Shown: positions 49,702 to 60,196, numbered from the stretch's first letter. The stretch: 64,000 bases of DNA from Sphingomonas sp. (GCF_965200105.1 NZ_CBDATN010000003.1:225863-289862); one strand, 5' to 3'. The notes: generated by a model from the letters alone, not told the origin. Made by a program: numbers and translations.

Positions 49702-50862
49702 ATGCCCAGCCCGAACGAGACAGATGACGCCGTTGCGATGACCCGCGCCGCCCTCTTCTCGCCACCATCCTGCCCGGTGCTCGTCGTCAAGATCGGCTCC
49801 TCGCTGCTCGTCGCGCCCGACGGACGCGTGCGGCGAGACTGGCTCGCGGGCATCGTCGCCGACGTCGCGGCGCGGCGCGCGGCCGGCCAGCGGATCATCC
49901 TCGTCTCCTCGGGCGCGATCGCGCTCGGCGCGCGGCGGCTGGGCCTGCCCGGCGGCGGGCGCGCGAGCCTGGAGGACGCGCAGGCCGCCGCCGCCACCGG
50001 CCAGATCGCGTTATCGCAGACATGGGCGGAGCTGCTCGGCGAACGGGGCATCACCGCCGCGCAGATGCTGCTGACGCTCGACGATCTGGAGGATCGCCGC
50101 CGCTACCTCAACGCGTCCGCCACCCTCGCGCGGCTGCTCGCGCTGGGCGTCGTGCCCGTCGTCAACGAGAATGACAGCGTCGCGACCGAGGAGATCCGCT
50201 TCGGCGACAATGATCGGCTCGCGGCGCGCGTGGCGCTGGCGGCGGGCGCGGGGGGCGTCGTGCTGCTCTCCGACGTCGACGGGCTCTACACCGCCGATCC
50301 GGCGCGGGACCCTTCCGCGACGCTGGTGGCCGACGCGACGCTCGACGCCGCGACGCTGGCGATGGCCGATGGAGCCTCGCGATCGGGGATGGGATCGGGC
50401 GGCATGGCCGCCAAGCTCGCCGCCGCGCGGATCGCGCACGAGGGCGGCGCCCACCTCGCGATCGTCGGCGGCGCGGGGGATCGCCCCCTCTCCGCCTTCG
50501 CCGACACGGCGCGCGGCACCGTGTTCGCCGCCTCCGCTCGCAGGGGCGCGCGCAAGGCGTGGCTCGCCGGCCGGCTGACCGCGCGCGGCCGCATCCTGAT
50601 CGACGAGGGCGCGGCCGATGCGCTCGGCCGCGGCGCCAGCCTGCTGCCCGCCGGCGCGCGCGCGGCGGAGGGCCGGTTCGCGCGCGGCGACGTCGTCGAC
50701 ATCGTCGGCGCCGACGGTCGCATCGTCGCGCGCGGGCTCGCCGAATATGACGGAGAGGAAGCACGCCGCATCGCCGGTCGTCGCTCCACCGATCTCGCCG
50801 ACTTGCTCGGCTACGCGCCGCGCGCGGCGCTGGTTCACCGCGATCACATGGTGATGCTTTGA
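49702..50862 (+). CDS. proB: Glutamate 5-kinase
   Basis: VVKIGSS, VNENDSV, FGDND, GSGGM..K, PUA domain. ATG at 49738 is an alternative start. Confidence 0.95.
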   Translation: MPSPNETDDAVAMTRAALFSPPSCPVLVVKIGSSLLVAPDGRVRRDWLAGIVADVAARRAAGQRIILVSSGAIALGARRLGLPGGGRASLEDAQAAAATGQIALSQTWAELLGERGITAAQMLLTLDDLEDRRRYLNASATLARLLALGVVPVVNENDSVATEEIRFGDNDRLAARVALAAGAGGVVLLSDVDGLYTADPARDPSATLVADATLDAATLAMADGASRSGMGSGGMAAKLAAARIAHEGGAHLAIVGGAGDRPLSAFADTARGTVFAASARRGARKAWLAGRLTARGRILIDEGAADALGRGASLLPAGARAAEGRFARGDVVDIVGADGRIVARGLAEYDGEEARRIAGRRSTDLADLLGYAPRAALVHRDHMVML

Positions 50863-51782
50863 AGAACCGCCATCATACGCTGGCGGTGACCGGCGGCACC
50901 GGCTTCGTGGGCCGCCACCTGCTCGACGCGGCGCTCGCCCAGGGCCACCACGTCCGCGCGCTCACCCGCGCGCCGCGCCCGCCGCGCGAGGGGGTGGCGT
51001 GGGTGTATGGCGCGCTGGAGAAGCCCGCCGCGCTCGCCGAGCTGGTCGACGGCGCGGACGCGGTGATCCACGTCGCCGGGCTCGTCAACGCACCGAACCG
51101 CGCGGGCTTCGCTGCCGGCAACGTGGCCGGCACGCTGGCGGTGGTGGACGCCGCGCGCGCGGCGGGGCTGCGGCGCTTCGTCCACGTCTCGTCGCTGGCG
51201 GCGCGCGAGCCCCAGCTGTCGGACTATGGCTGGTCCAAGGCGCGCGCCGAGACGATCGTCGCGGCCTCCGCGCTCGACTGGACGATGGTGCGCCCGCCCG
51301 CCGTATTCGGCCCCGGCGACACCGAGATACTGGAGCTGTTCCGCGCCGCGCGCCGGGGCCTGGTGCCGGTGCCGCCCGCCGGCCGCCTGTCGGTGATCGC
51401 GGCGCAGGATCTCGCCCGGTTGCTGCTCGCGGTGCTGCCCGACGACGACAGCCAGGCCGCGATCTACGAGCCCGACGACGGCCGCGCCGGCGGCTGGACG
51501 CACGCCGAGTTCGCCACCGCGATCGGCCATGCCGTCGGCCGCCGCTCGCGCACGCAGCCCGTGCCGGCCTGGGCGATGCACGCCGGCGCCTGGTTCGACG
51601 CCGCCTGGCGCGGCCGCAACGCCAAGCTGACGCGCGATCGCGTGCGCTACTTTCTTCACCCGGATTGGGTGTCCGATCCCGTCCGCCGCCCGCCCCCTCG
51701 CCTCTGGCAGGCGGAGGTGACGACGCAGGACGGGCTAAGCGTCGCGGCTGAGAGTTACCGTGCCGACGGGCTGCTCGCCTGA
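50859..51782 (+). CDS. NAD-dependent epimerase/reductase, probable ceramide reductase (CerR-like)
   Basis: TGGTGFVG, VSSLAA, YGWSK; directly upstream of acp-spt as cerR is in Caulobacter. Confidence 0.75.
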   Translation: MKNRHHTLAVTGGTGFVGRHLLDAALAQGHHVRALTRAPRPPREGVAWVYGALEKPAALAELVDGADAVIHVAGLVNAPNRAGFAAGNVAGTLAVVDAARAAGLRRFVHVSSLAAREPQLSDYGWSKARAETIVAASALDWTMVRPPAVFGPGDTEILELFRAARRGLVPVPPAGRLSVIAAQDLARLLLAVLPDDDSQAAIYEPDDGRAGGWTHAEFATAIGHAVGRRSRTQPVPAWAMHAGAWFDAAWRGRNAKLTRDRVRYFLHPDWVSDPVRRPPPRLWQAEVTTQDGLSVAAESYRADGLLA

Positions 51783-51824
51783 TCGGCTTTGCAAGCCCGC
51801 GCGCCCTCCTCTAGGGGATCGGCC

Positions 51825-52073
51825 ATGCGTGACGAAACCTTCGCCCGGGTCGCCGAGCTGATCGAGCCGTTCAACAAGAAGCAGGCGACGCTGGCGGACG
51901 ACACCCGCTTCGCGACCGACCTCGAATGGGACAGCCTCACCGTCATGGATTTCGTGGCGGCGGTCGAGGACGAGTTCGACATCATCATCACGATGAACAT
52001 GCAGGCCGAGATCGAGACGGTGGGCCAGCTCGTCGACGCGGTGGACACGCTCAGGGGCGACGAGCCGGCATGA
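51825..52073 (+). CDS. Acyl carrier protein (sphingolipid-associated)
   Basis: DLEWDSLTVMD phosphopantetheine motif; ATGA-coupled to spt. Confidence 0.9.
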   Translation: MRDETFARVAELIEPFNKKQATLADDTRFATDLEWDSLTVMDFVAAVEDEFDIIITMNMQAEIETVGQLVDAVDTLRGDEPA

Positions 52074-53332
52074 CCGACGCCGGCACGCTGCCCGAGGATC
52101 GCCCGCTCGACGCGCTGACCCACCCCTCCCCGCCCGATCTTCTGGCCAAGTTCGACGCGCTGATCGCGGAGCGCGAGGCGCTGCTGGAAACGGGCGTCCG
52201 CGATCCCTTCGCGATCGTGATGGACGAGGTGCTGTCGCCCACCGAGGCGATGATCCAGGGCCGCAAGACGATCCTGCTCGGCACCTACAACTACATGGGT
52301 ATGACGTTCGACCCCGACGTGGTGGCGGCGGGCAAGAAGGCGCTCGACGAGTATGGCGCGGGCACCACCGGCAGCCGCGTGCTCAACGGCACCTACCAGG
52401 GCCACAAGGAAGTCGAGGCGGCGCTGCGCGACTTCTACGCGATGGATCACGCCATCGTCTTCTCGACGGGCTATCAAGCCAATCTCGGCATGATTTCGAC
52501 GCTCGCCGGCAAGGGCGACTACATCATCCTGGATGCCGACAGCCATGCCTCGATCTACGACGGCTGCTGGCTGGGCAACGCCGAGGTCGTGCGCTTCCGC
52601 CACAATTCGGTGGAGGATCTCGACAAGCGGCTCGGACGGCTGCCGCCGCACGCTGGCAAGCTCGTCATCCTGGAAGGCGTCTACTCGATGTTCGGCGACA
52701 TCGCGCCGCTCGCCGAGATGGTGCGCGTGGCCAAGAATCACGGCGCCATGATCCTGTGCGACGAGGCGCACGGCATGGGCTTCTTCGGAGCGAACGGGCG
52801 CGGCGTGTTCGAGGAGGCGGGCGTCGAGAACGAGGTCGATTTCGTCGTCGGCACATTCTCCAAGTCGGTCGGCACGGTGGGCGGCTTCTGCGTCTCCAAC
52901 CATCCCAAGTTCGAGGTCCTGCGCCTCGTCTGCAGGCCCTATGTATTCACCGCCTCGCTGCCGCCATCGGTGGTGGCCACCGCCGCCACCTCGATCCGCA
53001 AGCTCGCCCATGCCCACAATAAGCGCGGCAAGCTGTGGGACAACAGCCGCCGCCTCCACAAAGGCCTGCGCGATCTCGGCTTCAAATTGGGCACGCCCGA
53101 GGCGCAGTCGGCGATCATCGCCGTGATCCTGCCCGATCAGGAGACGGCGGTGGCGATGTGGCAGACGCTGCTGGAGCTCGGCCTCTACGTCAACATGGCG
53201 CGCCCGCCTGCGACGCCGGCGGGCACCTACCTGCTGCGCTGCTCGCTGTGCGCCGAGCATCGCGACGAGCAGGTCGGCGAGATCATCGCCATGTTCGCGC
53301 AAGCCGGGCGTCGGACGGGTACGATCGCATAA
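52070..53332 (+). CDS. spt: Serine palmitoyltransferase
   Basis: LLGTYNYMGMTFDP, DEAH, GTFSKS (PLP Lys), YVNMARPPATP; closely matches Sphingomonas SPT motifs. Confidence 0.95.
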   Translation: MTDAGTLPEDRPLDALTHPSPPDLLAKFDALIAEREALLETGVRDPFAIVMDEVLSPTEAMIQGRKTILLGTYNYMGMTFDPDVVAAGKKALDEYGAGTTGSRVLNGTYQGHKEVEAALRDFYAMDHAIVFSTGYQANLGMISTLAGKGDYIILDADSHASIYDGCWLGNAEVVRFRHNSVEDLDKRLGRLPPHAGKLVILEGVYSMFGDIAPLAEMVRVAKNHGAMILCDEAHGMGFFGANGRGVFEEAGVENEVDFVVGTFSKSVGTVGGFCVSNHPKFEVLRLVCRPYVFTASLPPSVVATAATSIRKLAHAHNKRGKLWDNSRRLHKGLRDLGFKLGTPEAQSAIIAVILPDQETAVAMWQTLLELGLYVNMARPPATPAGTYLLRCSLCAEHRDEQVGEIIAMFAQAGRRTGTIA

Positions 53333-53401
53333 TCGCTGCGGGGCGCGGCGTTTCGCGCTTAACGCTTTCTTCAGCATGGAGTGCGACCTACTGGCCTGAC
53401 C

Positions 53402-55429
53402 ATGGGTCACGGGCAAACCGGCGTCGCCACGGGCGACGGGCCGCCGCAGGCCGGGGACGCGGGCAGGCCGGTTCCGGTCGTGCTCGTCGTCGCGGCGCTA
53501 GTCGCGCTCGCCGCCATCGCCTTCCTCGTGCTGCGCGTCGGGCACTCGCTCGGCGAGCGCGACCGCGCCGTGGACCGCGAGCGGCACGGCTATCAGGTGG
53601 TGCTCGCCACCCGATCGGTGTCGGCCTCGATCGCGTCCGCGGAAGCCGCGCTCGGCCGCTACGCGATCAGCGGCGATCGCGCGATGGGCGCGACCTATTA
53701 TGACGACTGGGTAATGGCGGGCGCGCAGATCGGACGCCTCAGGCAGCTCGTCGCCCGCGATCCGGTCGCCTCCGCGCTGGCGGACAGGCTCGGCCGGCTC
53801 TTCGAGACGCGCGGCCGCGAGCTTGGCGCACCGGCGTCCAGCGCGGCGCGGCACGACGGCTGGACGGCGCTCTCCCAGTTCAACGCCACCGGCCGGAGCC
53901 CGCGCATCGCCGCGATCGACCAGGTGCTGGAGGCGATCCGCCAGCACGAGGTGGGGGTGCTGCGCCACCGCGCCGACCAGTCCGACGCCGCGACCAGCGA
54001 CACGACGCACCTGATCGGTCTGCTGTCGCTCACCGGCCTCCTGCTGATCGTCGCCACGGGCGGCCTGGCGATGGCGTTCTCCGTCGCCACGCGGAACCAC
54101 CGCGTCGCGCAGGACGAGGCCGACGATGCCGCCGATCGCGCCTCCTGGCTGTGCGAGGCGGTCGCCGCGCGCACCGCCGAGCTGACGGCGATGAACGAGC
54201 GGCTGAACACCGAGATGGCGGAGCGCGCCGCCGCCGAGGCACGGCTCGGCCAGATGCAGAAGATGGAGGCGCTGGGCCAGCTCACCGGCGGCATCGCGCA
54301 CGACTTCAACAACATGCTGGCGGTCGTGGTCGGCGGGCTTGAGCTTGCGCGCCGCCGCCTCGCCACCGCACCCGACAGCGCCGCCGAGCATCTCGATCGT
54401 GCGATGGAGGGAGCCAATCGCGCCGCCGGCCTCACCCGCCGCCTGCTCGGCTTCGCGCGCGCCGAGCCGCTGCTGCCCGAACGCGTCGCACCCGCCGCGC
54501 TGATCTCCGGCATGTCCGACCTGCTCGACCGCACGCTCGGCGAGCGCGTGCGGATCGAGGTGCGGACGACGGGCGCCACATGGCCGGTGTTCGTCGATCC
54601 GCTCCAGTTCGAGAACGCGATCCTCAACCTCGCGGTGAACGGCCGCGACGCGATGGAGGGCGCCGGCACGCTGGTCGTCTCCGCCGAGGATGTGGGTTTG
54701 CGCGAGCGCGAGGTGGGCGAGCTTCCCGCCGGCGATTACGTCCGCGTCGCGGTCGCCGACGCGGGCATCGGCATGGCGCCCGAGATCCTGAGCCGCGTCT
54801 TCGAACCGTTCTTCACCACCAAGCCGGTGGGCAAGGGCACGGGCCTGGGGCTCAGCCAGATCTTCGGCTTCGCGCGCCAATCCGGCGGCGACGTCGCGAT
54901 CGGCAGCACGCCGGGCGCGGGCACCACCGTCTCGCTCTACCTGCCCCGCGCGATCGCCGCGGCGCCGCCGGCCCCCCCGCCCCGCGCGGTCGCCGACATC
55001 GTGCGGCTGCCCGTGGCGCGCGCGGCGGGGCCGAGGCCGGTGCTGCTGGTGGAGGACGATCCGCGCGTCCGCGCCGCGACCGCCGGCGCGCTCGAGGAAC
55101 TCGGCTACGATCCGATCGCGTGCGACGATCCCGCGCACGCGCTCGCCATGCTCGCCGATCGCGCGGACGTGCGCGTGATGGTGACGGACGTCGTCATGCC
55201 GGTGATGACCGGGCCGGAACTCGCCGCCGAGGCACGCCGCCGCCGGCCCGACCTGTCGGTGCTGTTCGTCACCGGCTACGCGCGCGAGGATGCGGGCGAG
55301 CTCGCGGGCGAGGCGATGCTGAGGAAGCCCTTCACCTTCGCCGCGCTCGATCGCGCGGTCGCCGATGCCTTCGCCGCCGAGCCGCTCAGCGCACCGCGCC
55401 GCGCGCAAGCAGGCGGGGCAGCAGACTGA
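53402..55429 (+). CDS. Hybrid sensor histidine kinase (periplasmic CHASE3-like, HisKA, HATPase, receiver)
   Basis: Two TMs; GGIAHDFNN H-box; PFFTTK..GKGTGLGL; LLVEDD...TDVVMP.M.G. Confidence 0.92.
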   Translation: MGHGQTGVATGDGPPQAGDAGRPVPVVLVVAALVALAAIAFLVLRVGHSLGERDRAVDRERHGYQVVLATRSVSASIASAEAALGRYAISGDRAMGATYYDDWVMAGAQIGRLRQLVARDPVASALADRLGRLFETRGRELGAPASSAARHDGWTALSQFNATGRSPRIAAIDQVLEAIRQHEVGVLRHRADQSDAATSDTTHLIGLLSLTGLLLIVATGGLAMAFSVATRNHRVAQDEADDAADRASWLCEAVAARTAELTAMNERLNTEMAERAAAEARLGQMQKMEALGQLTGGIAHDFNNMLAVVVGGLELARRRLATAPDSAAEHLDRAMEGANRAAGLTRRLLGFARAEPLLPERVAPAALISGMSDLLDRTLGERVRIEVRTTGATWPVFVDPLQFENAILNLAVNGRDAMEGAGTLVVSAEDVGLREREVGELPAGDYVRVAVADAGIGMAPEILSRVFEPFFTTKPVGKGTGLGLSQIFGFARQSGGDVAIGSTPGAGTTVSLYLPRAIAAAPPAPPPRAVADIVRLPVARAAGPRPVLLVEDDPRVRAATAGALEELGYDPIACDDPAHALAMLADRADVRVMVTDVVMPVMTGPELAAEARRRRPDLSVLFVTGYAREDAGELAGEAMLRKPFTFAALDRAVADAFAAEPLSAPRRAQAGGAAD

Positions 55430-56265
55430 GCGCGCCGAGGATCGGCCAGCGCCGCTGCCACGGCCGGATCGCGATGGCGGTGCGCGCGTGGCGATTGATC
55501 TTCCACGCGAGATAGTCGAGCCCGCCCGCGTAGGTCGCCGATGCCTTGGCGAGCCGCGCGAGCGTGAGCAGCTTGCCGCGCCGCCGCGTCCGCCGCCAGC
55601 CGCGCTCCGGGTCCGCCTCGCGGCGGGTAGCCGCGCGCGATCGCGAGCGCGGGCCCGGTGAAGCGGCGGTAGCGATCCGGATCGGCATCGACGACGGAGG
55701 CCGCCCGCCCGCTCCGCTCGGCGCGGAGCTCGGCGGCGTAGGTCAGGGCGAAGGCGCGGCGCCACCGATCCAGCTCCGGGCCGGCGCCCTGGTCGTCCAC
55801 CCGGCTCAGCAGCGTCGGCGCGGCGCGCGCGATCGCGGCGATCGCCGACGCGCGCGCCGCCTCGTCGGCCGCCCACACCAGCCGCGACGGTTGCGCGAAG
55901 CGCGCCCATACCGACGGGTTGTCGGTCTCGGGCCCGCACAGCCGATGGAAGTCGGCGACGCTCAGCACCGCATATTTGGCGACCAGCCCGTCCGCCTCGA
56001 AGGGATAGACGTTGGGCGGCAGCAGCCGGTTGACGATGGCCTCCCACCGCGTTCGGTAGGCGCGGCCATAATCCGAGACGATCAGGTAGAAATCGAGCAT
56101 CAGCCCGTCGAGCGCGCTCTCTCTCAGGCACGATCCGTAGAACAGCACGGCCCGCGCCACCGTGCGATGCCGTGCCGCGATCGCGGCCGCCAGACGGGCG
56201 ACACGCGGATCGACGGGGATCGCCAGCTCGTCGGCGACGAGCGCGGCGAGATCAGGCGGCGGCAA
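55386..56265 (-). pseudogene. Nucleotidyltransferase-like (CpgC-like cytidylyltransferase) gene with one apparent frameshift
   Basis: LFYGSCLR...LDFYLIV motif. The natural C-terminus (GKLLTLARLAKASATYAGGLDYLAWKINRH) is in a different frame after about 55625. Confidence 0.65.
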
Positions 56266-57232
56266 GGCTGAGGAAGGGCACGGGCGCGGTCGGCGTCAGC
56301 ACGATCGGCCGGCCCTCGGCGGCCACGAACAGCTCGCCGTCGAGGAAGACGCTGGATCGCTCGCCCTCGATGCGGATCTCGTCGCCCTGGCCCAGGTGAA
56401 CGCCGCGCATCGATCCGGGCTTGAGCCGCCCGAACAGGCTGGCGATGGTCGCGCCGACCAGCGTGAACGGGTTCCTCTCCACCATCAGCAGCTTGAGCGT
56501 GCCGCGCGCCGCCCCGGTCGAGTCGCCGCGCCAGCCGAGCACCAGCTTGTGCAGCGTCGTGACGATCAGCAGCGCGAAGGTGCCGACCAGCACGCCCTGC
56601 CTCAGCACCGAGACGCGCACCGGCCGGCCGCGCTCCGGCAGGAAGGCGGCGCTGATCCCGAACAGCATCGACACCACCACCGCGAAAGCGCGGTGATCGC
56701 GTGCGCCACGCCGTTGGGCAGGCCGAGCGGATAGATCTTGTTGCGGCAGTAGATCATCGAGTCGGCGAGCCCCGCGCCGCCGAGGAACATGCCGAGCACC
56801 GGCCGTGACGTTGGCCTCGCCGTCGGACAGCGCGATCAGCTCGCGCACGACGGTGTGCGGCGCCACATCCTCGTTGGCGATGGCGACGATGCGATCGAGC
56901 GCGGCGAGCGGATCGCCCGCCATGCCGAGATCGAGCGCGATCAGGTTGGTCTTGCCGTTGGGCAGCACCGCGACGGGCGGCGGCGCGCCCTCGAAATGGC
57001 CGCCATGATACAGCTCGGTCAGCGTCGCCTGCACGGTGCCGTCGCCGCCGTTGACGATGAGAATGCGGGGCCGGACGCGCGCGATGGTGCGCAGGCCGTC
57101 GCCGATCTGGTCGACATGCTCGACCTCGTAGTGGAAGACGTCGGGATTGCCCGCGCAATAGGCGCGGATGCGCGGCAGCAGCTTGGCGTTGCCCGTCGAC
57201 ATCGGATTGGAGAGGAGCGCGACGCGCGCCAT
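56252..57232 (-). CDS. Diacylglycerol/ceramide kinase family protein (CpgB-like) with two compensating frameshifts
   Basis: NPMS, NGGDGT and LPNGKTNLIA DAGK motifs. The segment GMFLGGAGLADSMIYCRNKIYPLGLP lies in another frame between about 56803 and 56687. Confidence 0.75.
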   Translation of the reverse strand: MARVALLSNPMSTGNAKLLPRIRAYCAGNPDVFHYEVEHVDQIGDGLRTIARVRPRILIVNGGDGTVQATLTELYHGGHFEGAPPPVAVLPNGKTNLIALDLGMAGDPLAALDRIVAIANEDVAPHTVVRELIALSDGEANVTAGARHVPRRRGARRLDDLLPQQDLSARPAQRRGARDHRAFAVVVSMLFGISAAFLPERGRPVRVSVLRQGVLVGTFALLIVTTLHKLVLGWRGDSTGAARGTLKLLMVERNPFTLVGATIASLFGRLKPGSMRGVHLGQGDEIRIEGERSSVFLDGELFVAAEGRPIVLTPTAPVPFLSLAAA

Positions 57233-57757
57233 CAGCCCGCCACCCCGCCGCTGGCCACAGGCCGGCCTCCCACCGGACGGAAGCTGGCACCGGAGAGATA
57301 GTTGAGCGTGATCGGCACGGTGCGGACGCCACGCGTCGCCGCCACGCGACCACCGCCCGGGATCGGGCTTGCGCTTCAGCATCAGGTCGAACAGCGACAG
57401 ATGCGGGTTGCCCGACATGCCGCCGCCGTCGGCGCGATCGGTCTTGCCCGAGCCGTTGAGATCGTGGCGCACCGACACGGCATACTCGCCCGGCGTCGGC
57501 ACGCCCACGCAGACGTCGAGCGCGCCGGCCCGCGGCGCGGGCAGCTCGACCCGCTTGAGATAGCTTCCCTTGTCGAACCAGCGATCCGGATCGCCGCCGT
57601 AGAGCTGGACGCGCACGGTGCCGGTCGGCGCCTTGAAGCCGGTGACGTGGACGAGCAGCGCCGGTCCCGCGCAGCGCGGCGCCGAGGCGGCAGCGGCCCC
57701 GCCCGACGCGGCGAGCGCCGCGACGCCGAGTAACCAGCAGGACCGCAGTTTCGACAT
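57232..57757 (-). CDS. DUF2141 exported protein with one apparent frameshift
   Basis: Signal peptide; GTVRVQLY, GEYAVSVRHDLNG, GGMSGNP. The natural end (RTVPITLNYLSG...VAG*, TGATG overlap with the kinase) is out of frame after about 57355. Confidence 0.75.
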
Positions 57758-57878
57758 GACCCGGCACCTCCCGCTGGCTATAGACGCGTCGGCGGGATCG
57801 AGGGGCGGCCCGCACGTCGGAAAGCTCGCCCATTCGGCCGCGATTGCGGCCAGAAGATGGTGATGGGGCGGCGCGAGC

Positions 57879-59087
57879 ATGAGACTGCTGACGTCCACCG
57901 ATCGCTACCTCGCGCGCCTGATCGCGGTCCCGCTGGTGGCGACGCTGCTGCTCTCCGCCATGCTGCTGCTGCTCGACAAGATGCTGCGGCTGTTCGACTT
58001 CGTGGTGCAGCAGGGCGGCCCCGTCGGCGTCGTGTGGCGGATGCTCGCCAACACCATTCCGGAATATATGTCGCTGGGCATTCCGATCGGCCTGATGCTG
58101 GGCATCCTGCTCGCCTTCCGGAGGCTCGCGCTGTCGTCGGAGCTGGACGTGCTGCGCGCGCTCGGCGTCGGCTACGGGCGGATGCTGCGCGTGCCTTATC
58201 TCTACGCGATCGGGCTGGCGCTGGTGAACCTCGCCATCGTCGGCTTCGTCCAGCCCTACTCGCACTACGCCTATGAGGGATTGCGCTACGAGCTACGTTC
58301 CGGTGCGCTCGGCGCCTCGATCAAGGTCGGCGAGTTCACCCATCTCGGCAAGAGGGAGACCGTTCGGATCGAGCGCAGCCGCGACGGCGGGCGCGAGCTC
58401 AACGGCATCTTCGTCCACGCCGAGGGCCAAGACGGCAAGGTGGCGGCGGTTACGGCGTCGAGCGGCGCCTTCTACGCGACGGACGATCCCGACACGATCA
58501 TCTTCCGCCTGCACGACGGCACGCTGGTGCAGAACCAGCCCGGCTTCCACACGCCGCGCGTGCTCTCCTTCGTCAGCCACGACCTGCCGATCGCGCTGCC
58601 CAAGGTCGACAGCTTCCGCACGCGCGGCAAGTCGGAACGCGACGAGTTGACCGTGCCCGAGCTGGTGCGGATGGGCGCCGACAAGCGCCTCGACAAGAAG
58701 GAGCGGCGGCGCAACCGCGCCGAGTTCCACTTCCGGATGGTGGAGGTGGCGATCATGTTCCTGCTGCCGCTGCTGGCGGTGGCCTTGGCGGTGCCGCCCA
58801 AGCGCTCGTCCTCGGCGCTCGGCGTGTTCCTGTCGATCGTGATGATCGTCACCTACCACAAGGTGAACCAATATGCCGCCGCCATCGCCGCGCTGGGCAA
58901 GGTCAACGCGGCGGTGGCGTTGTGGACGCCGTTCCTGCTCTTCTCGCTGCTGATCTGGTGGATGTACCGCACGCTGGCGGTGGTGCCCGGCGGCCAGCCG
59001 ATCGGCGCGCTGGAACGCGCCGCCGCCAAGGCGGGCGCGGCGATCCGCCGGCGCTTCGCGCGGCGCGCGCGGGCGCTTCCCGCATGA
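57879..59087 (+). CDS. lptF: LptF/LptG-family permease
   Basis: DRYLARLI, SSELDVLRALG.G, LAVPPKRSSS; tandem with a paralogue. Confidence 0.85.
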   Translation: MRLLTSTDRYLARLIAVPLVATLLLSAMLLLLDKMLRLFDFVVQQGGPVGVVWRMLANTIPEYMSLGIPIGLMLGILLAFRRLALSSELDVLRALGVGYGRMLRVPYLYAIGLALVNLAIVGFVQPYSHYAYEGLRYELRSGALGASIKVGEFTHLGKRETVRIERSRDGGRELNGIFVHAEGQDGKVAAVTASSGAFYATDDPDTIIFRLHDGTLVQNQPGFHTPRVLSFVSHDLPIALPKVDSFRTRGKSERDELTVPELVRMGADKRLDKKERRRNRAEFHFRMVEVAIMFLLPLLAVALAVPPKRSSSALGVFLSIVMIVTYHKVNQYAAAIAALGKVNAAVALWTPFLLFSLLIWWMYRTLAVVPGGQPIGALERAAAKAGAAIRRRFARRARALPA

Positions 59088-60196
59088 TGGAGCTGCGCTT
59101 CTTCCCGTCGCGGACGCTCGCGCTCTACCTCGGCAAGACGTTCCTGTGGCGCAGCCTGGCGGTGCTCGCGGCCCTCGTCGTCATCCTCCAGACGCTAGAC
59201 CTGCTCGGCGAGTCGGGCGACGTGCTCGCCGCGCCGGGCAACGGGCAGGCGGCGCTATGGCACTATGTGGCGCTGCGCCTGCCGCAGATCGTGCAGCGCT
59301 TCCTGCCCTTCTCGGTGCTGCTCGGCACGCTCATCACCTTCGTGACGCTGAACCAGAACAGCGAGGTGATCGCGATGAAGGCCGGCGGCATATCCGCGCA
59401 CCAGATCCTCGCGCCGTTGGTGCTGGTCAGCCTGGGGCTGGCCGGCCTCTCCTTCGCGTTCAACGAGCGGATCGTCACCCGCGCAACCGCGACGCTGACC
59501 GCCTGGCAGGATGTCGACTACAACCCGCTGCCGGCCGCGCGGCACGGATCGACCGACGCCTGGGTGCGCGACGGCGACGACATCATCCACGCTGCGACCG
59601 CCACGACGGACCGCGGGCGCGTGAGCCTCGGCCGCGTGACGTTGTACGATCGCGACGGCGGCACGCTGAAGCGGATCGTCGTCGCGCCGACGGCGAGGGA
59701 GCATTGGGAGGCCGGACGCTTCGCCGGCTGGACGGCGCCGGCGGCGCGGATGTTCAACGTCGCGTCGGGCGGCGTCACCTCGGTGGCCCGCTTCGATTTC
59801 GGCGCGGGCGTGCGCCCCGATCAGTTCACGCTCGCCGACGTCTCGGCGGACGATCGCTCGCTCGGCGTGCTGGGCGGCCAGATCGACGAGCTGCGCGCCG
59901 CCGGCCGCCCCGTCGGCCCGCTGGAGACGGGGTGGTGGCACAAGCTGTCGGGGCCGCTGTCCGCCATCCTGATGCCGCTGCTCGCCGGCGTCGCCGCCTT
60001 CGGGCTCGCGCGATCGGGCGCGCTGTTCCTGCGCGCCGTCATCGGCATGGCGCTGGGCTTCGCCTATTTCGTGGCGGACAATTTCGCGGTCGCGATGGGC
60101 AATCTCGGCGCCTACGCGCCGCTGCTCGCCGCCTGGGCGCCGTTCCTGCTGTTTCTGGTGATCGGCGAGACGGTGCTGATCCGGACGGAGGAATGA
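59084..60196 (+). CDS. lptG: LptF/LptG-family permease
   Basis: NSEVIAMKAGGIS, WWHKLS.PL, LAAWAP. Confidence 0.85.
   Translation: MMELRFFPSRTLALYLGKTFLWRSLAVLAALVVILQTLDLLGESGDVLAAPGNGQAALWHYVALRLPQIVQRFLPFSVLLGTLITFVTLNQNSEVIAMKAGGISAHQILAPLVLVSLGLAGLSFAFNERIVTRATATLTAWQDVDYNPLPAARHGSTDAWVRDGDDIIHAATATTDRGRVSLGRVTLYDRDGGTLKRIVVAPTAREHWEAGRFAGWTAPAARMFNVASGGVTSVARFDFGAGVRPDQFTLADVSADDRSLGVLGGQIDELRAAGRPVGPLETGWWHKLSGPLSAILMPLLAGVAAFGLARSGALFLRAVIGMALGFAYFVADNFAVAMGNLGAYAPLLAAWAPFLLFLVIGETVLIRTEE

Noticed and set aside
56252-57898. Genuine 548-aa DUF2141-kinase fusion protein
   Set aside because: The junction is out-of-frame nonsense. The natural DUF2141 end and a TGATG stop/start overlap exist in another frame, indicating a frameshift.
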